Both the position numbers and the translations under genes were made by a program. From assembly GCA_002418285.1 (NCBI GenBank), contig DIDT01000037.1:37491-101490 (forward strand): a stretch of DNA of 64,000 bases, read 5' to 3'. Every line of letters begins with the position of its first letter. Within the stretch, counting starts at the first letter, position 1. Source of the DNA: Phycisphaerales bacterium UBA5793 (GTDB lineage: Bacteria > Planctomycetota > Phycisphaerae > Phycisphaerales > UBA5793). The notes under the pieces were generated by a model that was given only the letters and a program-made list of their open reading frames with translations, had not been told where the DNA came from and did no database searches. Positions 56,540-64,000 of this stretch are shown here, one piece after another.

Positions 56540-58404
56540 CGATCGCGGATGATCGACTCGGCGGGCGGCGCATCGAGCTGAGGTTCGCGCAGCGAAGGAT
56601 CGCGCGTCGACTCGGGTCGCTCCTCGGGCGCCGTGTTCCGGATGCTGTCGACCACCGCTTCCATCAGTGTGTTGCGTTCTGGCACAAATCGAACCTTCAG
56701 TCCCTGCTGAATCTCCGCTTCGTACAGCACGCGCACCGTCTCACCATACGTCAGGCCCAGGGCCGCATCGAGGCTGTACTGCGACGGCCGGGCGCCGAGG
56801 AAGGTGATGAAGCCGATCATGTCCGCTGGTGGTTCATACTCCACCGCCTCAAGCGAGCCCTTCGGTCGATACCGCGCTCGCAGCGGTTCGTCCACGCCGT
56901 ACCGCACCAGTTGCAGACGATCCGACAGCGCCCGCACCAGAACGCGATCATTGAATCCCGCCTCCGAACCGAAGACGACGATTTGCGGCTGCTTCTGCAG
57001 CGTGGCATACACCATCGGCTTGTCCGATGGAACCTGGTACACGTCGAATTCCTGCTGCGGATCGAGTGTCATCCGCTTCACGATCGGGTCGTGCTGCTTG
57101 AGCAGGCCGTTGAACGCCGCCACGCGCACGTCAAACTGGTCATCATTAAGCAGATCGCGCAGCGCCATGTTGATGCGCGGCGAACCCGGCATGTCCCCCA
57201 TCCGCGCGATCGCATCAATCCGTAGCGCGCTGTCTTTGTCCATCGCCAGTTCCACGAGATGCGGCACCACGCGCGGATCGCCCAGCCTCGCACCTGCATT
57301 CAGCGCCGCCAGCCGCGGTATGACATCCGGGCACGTGTACAACTGCGAGAATCCGTTGATTGACAGTTCGCCCAGTGCGACCCAGCACCACGTAACCTGC
57401 ACCGCGTCCACCGGGTTCTGCTCCACCCATCGCGCCAATTGGAGTGAACGAGGCTCGATTCCGCCTTGGAAGATCTGCGTGTGCAGCATCGTCTCGACGA
57501 ATACATCAGAATCAGCGTGCCAGCTCGGCGGCACCGTCACGACAATCTGCTCATCGGACCGCCCGGGAACCGAGTCGGCCGTCGGTCGCGTCTGTGACGG
57601 CTCCTGAGGAAAGCGCGAATTGATCGCGTCCATGATCGCCCGGGCCCGCCCGTAGTTTGGCGTTCGCAGCTGAAGCACCAGCGGCATGTCTTCCGTCAGC
57701 ACGCCGCCGTTGAGAATCCGCGCCACGCGACGATCCACCTGCACCACGGCGCCTGGCGAACCAGGGGTCTCCGCCGATGGAGTCGGCAATCCCCAATCGA
57801 GGCTCTCATCCAGTGAGTTCCGATCGTCCGAGGCAAAGGGGTTGATGAACAGATCTCCGTGGGCCTGGGCGATCGGCTTGACGCCCTGAATCGCTCCGGT
57901 AAAGCCGCTGCTCAGATCCGTGGACCACAATCGTCCGCCCTCGAGACTGGACGTACTCGATCCGGGGACCGCAGAAACGATGATATCAAAGCGGGTGCCC
58001 TTGACCGCCCCCGGGGGAACCACCGCCTGCACCAACACCGCAGCGGTATTGTGATCCTGAAGCAGCGTCGTCATCGTCAGCCGACGCTCACTGTCGATCT
58101 TCGGGTCGGGAAGCAGCTTGGAGCCCTCCCGTTCCAGGTAGGCCCGAACCGGCAGAGGCGTGTCGGAAGAACCGGTTCCATCCAGCCCGACGACAATGCC
58201 AAAGCCCTGGACCAGAGACCGGCCATACCCCCGCAGTTCGGCCTCGTACACCACGGTTCCGCGCAGAAAGAAAGGCAGCGGATTCGCGGTCAGTTCGGGC
58301 TTGGTCAGTTCTGGAGGCGGCTTGCGGTCCGAACAGCCAGTTGGAGCGATGACAGCCGCGGCCATCAGCATCACCAGAACCTTGAAGGAGAGTTGGCTCG
58401 GCAT
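56536..58404 (-). CDS. FlgI (flagellar P-ring)-like lipoprotein fused to HEAT repeats and a C-terminal extension
   Basis: ATG 58404 gives the lipobox 'VLVMLMAAAVIAPTGC'. 'LVQGFGIVVGLDGTGSSDTPLPVRAYLE' and 'NTAAVLVQAVVPPGAVKGTRFDIIVSAVPGSSTSSLEGGRLWSTDL' parallel the FlgI motifs 'LVGYGLVVGLxGTGD' and 'NVAAVMVTAxLPPFAKxGQxIDVTVSSxGDAKSLRGGTLLxTPL'. HEAT-like repeats follow ('RLAALNAGARLGDPRVVPHLVELAMDKDSALRIDAIARMGDM'). At 622 aa it is much longer than the about 370 aa of a canonical FlgI. Confidence 0.6.
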   Translation of the reverse strand: MPSQLSFKVLVMLMAAAVIAPTGCSDRKPPPELTKPELTANPLPFFLRGTVVYEAELRGYGRSLVQGFGIVVGLDGTGSSDTPLPVRAYLEREGSKLLPDPKIDSERRLTMTTLLQDHNTAAVLVQAVVPPGAVKGTRFDIIVSAVPGSSTSSLEGGRLWSTDLSSGFTGAIQGVKPIAQAHGDLFINPFASDDRNSLDESLDWGLPTPSAETPGSPGAVVQVDRRVARILNGGVLTEDMPLVLQLRTPNYGRARAIMDAINSRFPQEPSQTRPTADSVPGRSDEQIVVTVPPSWHADSDVFVETMLHTQIFQGGIEPRSLQLARWVEQNPVDAVQVTWCWVALGELSINGFSQLYTCPDVIPRLAALNAGARLGDPRVVPHLVELAMDKDSALRIDAIARMGDMPGSPRINMALRDLLNDDQFDVRVAAFNGLLKQHDPIVKRMTLDPQQEFDVYQVPSDKPMVYATLQKQPQIVVFGSEAGFNDRVLVRALSDRLQLVRYGVDEPLRARYRPKGSLEAVEYEPPADMIGFITFLGARPSQYSLDAALGLTYGETVRVLYEAEIQQGLKVRFVPERNTLMEAVVDSIRNTAPEERPESTRDPSLREPQLDAPPAESIIRDR

Positions 58405-58616
58405 GATCAACCTCGCACATGGGTCGATTTGAAAAAAGAAGCTCTTGGGTGCCGGTGGATTGCAGCCCCCCTCCACTCGACCCAGCGTCAAGCGTATCGC
58501 TTCGCACGTGGGCCGGCCACAAACCCCGAGCCCTTCGGGGAGGCGATCGCAGCCGGCTCTCGCCCTTTTGCAGCCCAAACCGTCGTGAGTTCGATACGCT
58601 CTAGCAGACCACTCAG

Positions 58617-59531
58617 ATGCAAGATATCACCTGGACAAACTCAATCCGCGATTTCCTCGTCTTCATTCGCGTGGAATGCGGCTTGGCGGCCAACACGCTC
58701 ACCGCCTACGCCGCCGATCTGGATGATCTCGAGAAAGGTCTGGTCCAAGCAGGACATGCGTCGCCCGCAACCGTCCAGCCCACCGATCTTGCAGCACACG
58801 TTCGCGCGCTCAAGACCGAGCGCGGCCTCTCCACGTCAAGCGTCTGCCGGCACCTGGCGAGCATCCGCATGTATTTCCGCTTTCTCTATGCCAATGCCAG
58901 GATCGAGCGCAACCCAACCGAATTACTCGAAACACCGACGCGCTGGCAACGCCTGCCCGGATGCCTCTCGCCGGTTCAGATGAAGAAACTCCTGGACGCG
59001 CCAGATGCGGCGCAGGGCGAACTCTGGCTGCGCGATCGCGCTCTGCTTGAATTGATGTACGCCGCCGGCCTCCGAGCCACGGAAACGGTGAATGTCAAAG
59101 CGCGCGACGTCCACGTCACGCTGGGCGTCGTGGATGTGATCGGCAAGGGCAACCGCCAGCGCCTCGTGCCCCTTGGAAAACCCGCTCTCTCCGCCGTTGC
59201 CGCCTACGCCGACGAACTGAGGCCGCGTCTGCTCGAACGAAGCCACGGTCGCGATGCCGAGCGTCTGCTTCTCTCGAGGACGGGCCGTCCTCTTGAGCGG
59301 ATTGCGGTGTGGCAGATTGTTCGCCGCCAGGCAAACGCGGCAGGGCTGAGTAAGGTCCACCCGCACATGCTGCGCCACAGCTTCGCGACTCACTTGGTCT
59401 CGGGTGGAGCCAATCTGCGCGTCGTACAGGAATTGCTCGGGCACGCCGACATCAAAACCACGCAGACCTACACCCACGTGGACGCCTCGCGCCTGCGTGA
59501 GGTGCACGCCAGATTCCACCCCCGCGCCTAG
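58617..59531 (+). CDS. xerD: Tyrosine site-specific recombinase XerD (XerC/XerD family)
   Basis: 'FLVFIRVECGLAANTLTAYAADLDDL', 'RDRALLELMYAAGLRATE', 'HMLRHSFATHLVSGGANLRVVQELLGHADIKTTQTYTHV' and the XerD-like terminal '...HPRA' are present. There are no flanking mobile-element genes. Confidence 0.85.
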   Translation: MQDITWTNSIRDFLVFIRVECGLAANTLTAYAADLDDLEKGLVQAGHASPATVQPTDLAAHVRALKTERGLSTSSVCRHLASIRMYFRFLYANARIERNPTELLETPTRWQRLPGCLSPVQMKKLLDAPDAAQGELWLRDRALLELMYAAGLRATETVNVKARDVHVTLGVVDVIGKGNRQRLVPLGKPALSAVAAYADELRPRLLERSHGRDAERLLLSRTGRPLERIAVWQIVRRQANAAGLSKVHPHMLRHSFATHLVSGGANLRVVQELLGHADIKTTQTYTHVDASRLREVHARFHPRA

Positions 59532-59635
59532 CGCCAACCAAAGCTCCGGACCGGATCGCCCACCCCTGAGGCCGCCCCAAGGCCGCCTCACAAAGCTCCA
59601 ATTGCATCACTTCCCATCCGCCGCATCAGACGCCG

Positions 59636-60265
59636 TCAGGCATGGCGTCGCCGGAGCCCCAGGGCGATCGTCCCCATTCCCAGCAGAGCGATGCTGCTCG
59701 GACCGGGAATAGCGTACAACAGGAGTGTGCCGATCCAATGACCGCCGCCCTGCAGGTTGTCGACTTCGGCGTCCTCAGCGTCGAACGAATCCCACGTCGT
59801 ATCGAAAGGGCCGAGCACGACGAGATACGTACCCGCAAGCAGGTTGATCTCGTTGGTGATGTTGCCCTGACGGGTGGTGCCATTGAACGGAGCGCCCGGC
59901 TGAGGCGCATCGCCAGCAGCAAGGTAGGCGTCAAGCAAGCCGCCGTCGACATAGTCATCGTTGATCGCGAGAATCTGCAGGCCATCACCGGTGTACAGCG
60001 CGAGTTCGGTGTCTGAGCCGAGGTCGAACGAGCCAAAGCTGTCCAGTTGCAGCCCATAGCCGCTGCCTTGCGTCACATCGACATCAATGGTGAAGCGGAT
60101 GGCGTAGAGTTCGTAGCCGCACATCCCGAAGAAGCCCTCGTTGATGACGGGAACTCCCACCTCAAGAGTGCCGCCATCTCGAACCGGGATCGGGACCGCG
60201 TGAACTGGCGCTGCGCACACTGCCGCCAACATCGCCGCGCAGATGATGGACCTGACATTGATCAT
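59636..60265 (-). CDS. PEP-CTERM-anchored secreted protein with PPC (pre-peptidase C-terminal)-like domain, paralogue A
   Basis: The signal peptide is 'MINVRSIICAAMLAAVCAAPVHA'. 'GSDTELALYTGDGLQILAINDDY' is a PPC-type DTxLxLY...NDD motif. The C-terminus 'IPGPSSIALLGMGTIALGLRRRHA' is a PEP-CTERM-like sorting signal. Confidence 0.8.
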   Translation of the reverse strand: MINVRSIICAAMLAAVCAAPVHAVPIPVRDGGTLEVGVPVINEGFFGMCGYELYAIRFTIDVDVTQGSGYGLQLDSFGSFDLGSDTELALYTGDGLQILAINDDYVDGGLLDAYLAAGDAPQPGAPFNGTTRQGNITNEINLLAGTYLVVLGPFDTTWDSFDAEDAEVDNLQGGGHWIGTLLLYAIPGPSSIALLGMGTIALGLRRRHA

Positions 60266-60512
60266 GTTCTTTCTCTCTCTCTCTTCCTCTTTCCCCAGTT
60301 GCTGTCGCGAGATCGACTCGTCGACCCGCCCAGACCACCTCCAAGCCGGGAGGCAGCTTATCAGATATGTTCATCCGATTTCAGTGTACCCGACTTCCGG
60401 GGCCATGGCGGGCGGCTGTCGTTGATTCGCCGATGATTGGAGCCGATTCAGCCGGATCGAGGTCAGTTTCCCCCGGAATCGAAACCGCTCAATACCGACC
60501 GGGATTTGCTGC

Positions 60513-60547
60513 AAAAAAACAGCACCCCGCGACAAGTCGCGGGGTGC
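60513..60547 (-). terminator. Rho-independent terminator downstream of PEP-CTERM paralogue B
   Basis: A GC-rich palindrome, GCACCCCGCGAC/GTCGCGGGGTGC (60522-33 / 60536-47), is followed on the minus strand by T7 (complement of A7 at 60513-19). It lies about 38 nt after the stop at 60585. Confidence 0.65.
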
Positions 60548-60584
60548 AGAGAATTTTGGTCCGAATTCTCAGGTGAGGCTGGTA

Positions 60585-61208
60585 TCAGGCGCGACGGCGA
60601 CGTCCGCCCAGAGCGATGGTGCCCAGGCCGAGGAGAGCAAGGCTGCCCGGGGCCGGGATTTCGTAGAGCAGAACGCTGCAAAGCCACTCGCCACTGCCCT
60701 GGAGGTTGTCGACTACCGTAGCCTGAGCGTCGAACGAATCCCAAGTCGTGTTGTAGGGGCCGATCACGACGAGGTACGTACCCGCAAGCAGGTTGATCTC
60801 GTTGGTGATGTTGCCCTGCCGGGTCGTGCCGTTGAACGGGTTGCCAGGCTGAGGAGCATCGCCCGCGGCGATATAGGCGTCGAGCACATTGCCCGAGTCA
60901 TAGTCGTCGTTGATCGCAAGGATCTGCAGGCCGTCGCCCGTGTACAGAGCGAGTTCGGTGTCAGAGCCAAGGTCGTTTGAGCCGAAGCTGTCCAACTGAA
61001 GGCCGTAGCCGCTACCCTGCACCACGTTGCGGTCGAGAGTGAAACGGAGGCCGAAAAGCACCTCGCCGTTGTTCTCAAAGAAACCCGCGTCCATCATCGG
61101 AACGCCGACTTGGAGCGTTCCACCATTGCGAATCGGGAACGCGAGGGCGGGAGCCGCAGTTGCGGTTGCCAACGCCACGCCACACAACATCATCTTGAAG
61201 TTCTTCAT
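60585..61208 (-). CDS. PEP-CTERM-anchored secreted protein with PPC-like domain, paralogue B
   Basis: The signal peptide is 'MKNFKMMLCGVALATATAAPALA'. It has the same 'GSDTELALYTGDGLQILAINDDY' and 'FNGTTRQGNITNEINLLAGTYLVV' blocks as paralogue A. The C-terminus is 'IPAPGSLALLGLGTIALGGRRRRA'. Confidence 0.8.
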   Translation of the reverse strand: MKNFKMMLCGVALATATAAPALAFPIRNGGTLQVGVPMMDAGFFENNGEVLFGLRFTLDRNVVQGSGYGLQLDSFGSNDLGSDTELALYTGDGLQILAINDDYDSGNVLDAYIAAGDAPQPGNPFNGTTRQGNITNEINLLAGTYLVVIGPYNTTWDSFDAQATVVDNLQGSGEWLCSVLLYEIPAPGSLALLGLGTIALGGRRRRA

Positions 61209-61574
61209 TTCTCACACTCTCCTGTACTTTTTGAGCCCGGACCGTTGGGTTGACGATGAACGAATTAACTCTAATCACGCTCTGTGCCGAGGTTCACCTC
61301 GACTTCGATCAAACCAGCGGCCGGTCGATCTTCTTCCCACTTCCATCCACCCTGCAGAAGCGACCAGCGAACCCCACAAAGGCTCAACCTGGCCTCGTCG
61401 ACAGTGCGTGAACTGTTGAGAGAGTCCGTTCTCCACTCCTCAACATCTTGCTACCGTATCAGATTACCCGATTCTTGCCCGTTTGTCCAGTGAGAAATCT
61501 GATTTCTCCCAGCATTTTGCAATTTCCATCCGAAGACTCGATTGATACCCCTATGCACGTCCTATAACCACGAA

Positions 61575-61955
61575 TCAGTAACGCGGCACCGCCGGATCCA
61601 CCCCAGTCGACCACGCGTCGATCCCACCCGCAAGTGACCAGGCGTCCGAAAACCCACGTTCCCGCAGAAAAGCCACCACCCGAAGCGATCGCTGCCCGTG
61701 ATGACAGTGAACCACGATCCGGCGACCCAAATGGGGGTCAAGTTCCTCAATCCGCGATGCAATTTCGTTCATTGGGATCAGGACCGAGCCGCCGATCCGC
61801 GCCACCCCATGCTCTTGAGGCGTTCGACAGTCCACCAGCAGCGGTTTGCTCTCCCCGGCCATCTCGGCGGCCAGCGCCGTGGGCGCAACCTCCCAATCCT
61901 CACGAAAGGGGTATCTTGGGGGAAGCCCTGAACCGGCTGGGGAGGGACTCATCAC
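61575..61955 (-). CDS. Rhodanese-domain sulfurtransferase (single domain)
   Basis: 'LVDCRTPQEHGVARIGGSVLIP' and the active-site loop 'VVHCHHGQRSLRVVAFL' followed by 'LAGGIDAWS' are present. Confidence 0.85.
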   Translation of the reverse strand: MMSPSPAGSGLPPRYPFREDWEVAPTALAAEMAGESKPLLVDCRTPQEHGVARIGGSVLIPMNEIASRIEELDPHLGRRIVVHCHHGQRSLRVVAFLRERGFSDAWSLAGGIDAWSTGVDPAVPRY

Positions 61956-62500
61956 GGCCCTGGAGCAACAGGTGAGATGTCAATAGGGTCCGTGGCCGGC
62001 TGAAGGTCGTACGACTCCGCTGGGCCGTGCCCGATCTCGCGCGGTCGGGTAATGAACGCCATCCGAAACGGCGCCATCACCAGATTGCCCAGCTGCACGA
62101 CCGGATCCACCACGATTTCAAGGTACTCAGCGCCGAGCGTCCGAGGGTTGTCCGCCAGATCCATGGCCGTCTCGGTGGTTGGATAATCCCCCGACGCACG
62201 CACGCGGTTTCGCTTTCCAATCACAAACGACCGCACATAGTTGGGGCGAATCTCAATGTCGTCGCGGGAGAGACGCACTTGCTCCGGCGCCCAGTTGCTG
62301 CGATCAATCCCCGTCACGGATCGCTCGCCGCTCAACTCCGTCGGAGTCGCCTCAGATTGCAGCGCGGGCAGTGTGCTCGCCTGGCGAGGCTGATTCTGCA
62401 CATTCATCGATCCGCATCCCTGGCCGAACCACATCGTCATCGTCACCCAGAATGTCAGCCAAAGAACGCGGTTTCGCATGGGTCGGCTCTCCAGTTGCAT
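61952..62500 (-). CDS. Hypothetical lipoprotein
   Basis: The N-terminus 'MRNRVLWLTFWVTMTMWFGQGCGS' is signal/lipobox-like. There is a 4-nt overlap with the rhodanese gene. I recognise no family. Confidence 0.45.
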   Translation of the reverse strand: MQLESRPMRNRVLWLTFWVTMTMWFGQGCGSMNVQNQPRQASTLPALQSEATPTELSGERSVTGIDRSNWAPEQVRLSRDDIEIRPNYVRSFVIGKRNRVRASGDYPTTETAMDLADNPRTLGAEYLEIVVDPVVQLGNLVMAPFRMAFITRPREIGHGPAESYDLQPATDPIDISPVAPGP

Positions 62501-62557
62501 GGGGAAGTGTACGGCCAGTTCCCCGGGGGAACAGCATGCGCCATGATCCCATCATTG

Positions 62558-63244
62558 TCAATCAATCAGCCCCACAATCTCGCGGACCAGCCGCTCGGCC
62601 AGCTCTTCCTCGAATCCCCGTCGCCCCAGCAGCGCCATCAGTCGACGGGCCTGCGTTTCCGGTGCCAGCGATTGCATCGCCTCGAGACGCGACTCGATCA
62701 GAGCCCGCGCCTGCTGCTCAGCCGGCGGCGACTGCTCGCGCACCTGGCCCAGGACTTCGCCGGCGATCTCCCCACCCACACCGTGCCGCTCCAGCACATC
62801 GCGCATCAGCCGCTCACCCGCCGGCAGGCGCCGCTGCACCTGCTCGATCGCCTCGTGGGCAAAAGACCGATCATCGAGCAGCCTCAACTCTCGCAGACGT
62901 TCAACGACCGAGTTGATCTGAGCTGCATCGAAACCGCGGCCGATCAGATGTGTTCGCATCTCCGCTTCGCTGCGTGCCCGGTGTCGCAGGTACCGCAGCG
63001 CGGCATCCAACGCGCTGAGGTACTGCGTTCGAACGTGGATCGCGTCCAGTTTCGCCCGGTCGAGAGTAGTACCAATGCCCAGGCCCAATTCCCCCACGTC
63101 GCGCGACCTCAACACCGCCACCACCAGCCGGCCCGCACGTACTTTGATCCGCTCGGCCGAATCGCGCATCGGGTCGAGAGCCGTGATCGACACGCCGATC
63201 AACCGCGACCGACGTTGCGGCCAAGGTTCGTCCCGCGCTGTCAT
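62558..63244 (-). CDS. recX: Recombination regulator RecX
   Basis: 'ALRYLRHRARSEAEMRTHLIGRGFDAAQINSVVERLRELRLLDDRSFAHEAI' and two further three-helix repeats are typical of RecX. No recA is adjacent. Confidence 0.8.
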   Translation of the reverse strand: MTARDEPWPQRRSRLIGVSITALDPMRDSAERIKVRAGRLVVAVLRSRDVGELGLGIGTTLDRAKLDAIHVRTQYLSALDAALRYLRHRARSEAEMRTHLIGRGFDAAQINSVVERLRELRLLDDRSFAHEAIEQVQRRLPAGERLMRDVLERHGVGGEIAGEVLGQVREQSPPAEQQARALIESRLEAMQSLAPETQARRLMALLGRRGFEEELAERLVREIVGLID

Positions 63245-63558
63245 CCGCCGAGTGATTGCAGGTACTCCTCGATTTCACGATGCGCCTTCGCATCTGCCGA
63301 GGGCGAGACCGCCCGCAGCCCGCGTTGCAGCGTCTCGCGCGCCGCGTCCTGTTTTCCGAGCGATTCGAGGGATCGAGCCTTATGGAAGTAGGCGTATCCG
63401 TTTTCCGGCTCAAGAGCGATCACCCGATCGAAGTGCTCAATGGCCTTGTCCTGCTCAGCGTGTTTGGCGTACTCCTGTGCAAGGGCGTACAGGCAAAACG
63501 CGTCGTCAGGCTCAGCCTCCAGGAGACGGCGAAGTTTCTCGATGCGGTCGGTGGTCAT
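63241..63558 (-). CDS. Small TPR-repeat protein
   Basis: ATG 63558 gives 105 aa. 'DDAFCLYALAQEYAKHAEQDKAIEHFDRVIALEPENGYAYFHKARSLESLGKQDAARETLQRGL' forms 2-3 TPR units. The long N-terminal extension of ORF 63241..63960 is rejected. The stop overlaps the recX start. Confidence 0.6.
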   Translation of the reverse strand: MTTDRIEKLRRLLEAEPDDAFCLYALAQEYAKHAEQDKAIEHFDRVIALEPENGYAYFHKARSLESLGKQDAARETLQRGLRAVSPSADAKAHREIEEYLQSLGG

Positions 63559-63657
63559 GGCTGTGGGCAATCCTACCCTACCCGCCGAGCCGTGTATGGC
63601 CCCGTGGGAAACAGGGGGGGTCATCGCTGGCAAATCCCAAGAGAGAGGACACCGACG

Positions 63658-64000
63658 ATGATCAATCGCCCCGCCATTCAACGCGCCGCAGCCGCCCTCT
63701 GCACAGCCGCGCTGCTCATCTCCGCCACCAGCCGAGCCGACGACCGCATCACCCTCCTTGGCGGCGACACCATTCACGGCAAACTCGTCGAGCAAACCGA
63801 CGAAAACGTCATCTTCGAGCACCCCGTGCTCGGGCGCATGGTCATCGCGCGGTCCCAGATCCAGACCATCACCCTCGATGGCCAGCAGCCCGACCAACCA
63901 GCCGAATCCGCAGAAGCGCAAGGCGAAGCCGAGGCCGAAGGCGCCGGCAACGAAGTCCAACCCTCCACCACCATCGAGGAAGAAACCCCCGAACCCATCA
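63658..64000 (+). CDS. Secreted protein, 5' partial (runs off window end)
   Basis: ATG 63658 follows 'GAGAGAGGA'. The signal peptide is 'MINRPAIQRAAAALCTAALLISATSRA|DD', then 'RITLLGGDTIHGKLVEQTDENVIFEHPVLGRMVIARSQIQTI'. The frame is open to the end of the window, and it is absent from the ORF track because there is no stop. Confidence 0.5.
   Translation, partial: MINRPAIQRAAAALCTAALLISATSRADDRITLLGGDTIHGKLVEQTDENVIFEHPVLGRMVIARSQIQTITLDGQQPDQPAESAEAQGEAEAEGAGNEVQPSTTIEEETPEPI

Noticed and set aside
57859-58983. 374-aa plus-strand ORF, and 56804..57607(+) 267 aa
   Set aside because: They are antisense to the FlgI-like gene and run into the xerD 5' region. They are Arg/Ser/Pro-rich with no motifs.
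59557-59582. Hairpin GAGGCCGCC-CCAA-GGCCGCCTC between the convergent xerD and PEP-CTERM gene A
   Set aside because: The stem has an internal mismatch and there is no U-tract on either strand. It may be a bidirectional terminator, but the evidence is too weak to annotate.
58617-61208. Possibility that xerD plus the duplicated PEP-CTERM genes mark an integrated mobile element
   Set aside because: The recombinase has the housekeeping XerD-type C-terminus. There are no flanking direct repeats, no tRNA target, and no phage, conjugation or transposase genes nearby.
62027-63391. 454-aa plus-strand ORF
   Set aside because: It spans and is antisense to the lipoprotein, recX and TPR genes. The composition is Arg/Pro/His-rich and it crosses an intergenic gap, so it is a shadow ORF.

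Overview
GC-rich bacterial chromosomal window with about 55 protein-coding genes. By eye I found no rRNA, tRNA, CRISPR array, transposase or prophage. The gene content suggests a Planctomycetota/PVC-like genome: GspG/GspF, PEP-CTERM proteins, many sulfotransferases, zinc-ribbon membrane proteins, giant VWA and AsmA-like proteins, and an HAO-family octahaem cytochrome. That taxonomic placement is inference only.

Landmarks:
- dnaA (14499-15953), preceded by a 445-bp lower-GC spacer carrying DnaA-box-like GTGGAC repeats, is a candidate oriC.
- An rpmB ... dnaG-rpoD block lies on the minus strand.
- Housekeeping genes include guaB, uvrC, thiD, queG, xerD, recX, nuoI, an ABC-F ATPase and a cyclophilin.

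Most interesting content:
1. A five-gene operon at 45708-50751 with stop/start overlaps at three of its four junctions. It encodes a membrane-anchored tetrahaem cytochrome c, a Tat-exported 4x[4Fe-4S] NrfC/PsrB-like protein, an NrfD/PsrC-like membrane protein, a 482-aa HAO-family octahaem cytochrome c, and an unknown 146-aa cytoplasmic protein.
2. That operon sits inside a putative sulfated-glycan locus with three sulfotransferases, a Wzx-like flippase, a Wzy-like polymerase, a GT4 glycosyltransferase, an EEP-family protein and an orphan 560-aa secreted protein.
3. A FlgI-like lipoprotein fused to HEAT repeats is translationally coupled to queG and a PTP-like phosphatase.
4. A 1.1-kb apparently non-coding gap between rpmB and dnaG contains a nested hairpin and a perfect 17-bp tandem duplication.
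5. Two tandem PEP-CTERM/PPC-like paralogues have different 5' leaders.

Many long ORFs in the six-frame track are antisense or alternative-frame artefacts of the high GC content and were rejected. All functional calls rest on motif recognition by eye. No database search was run.
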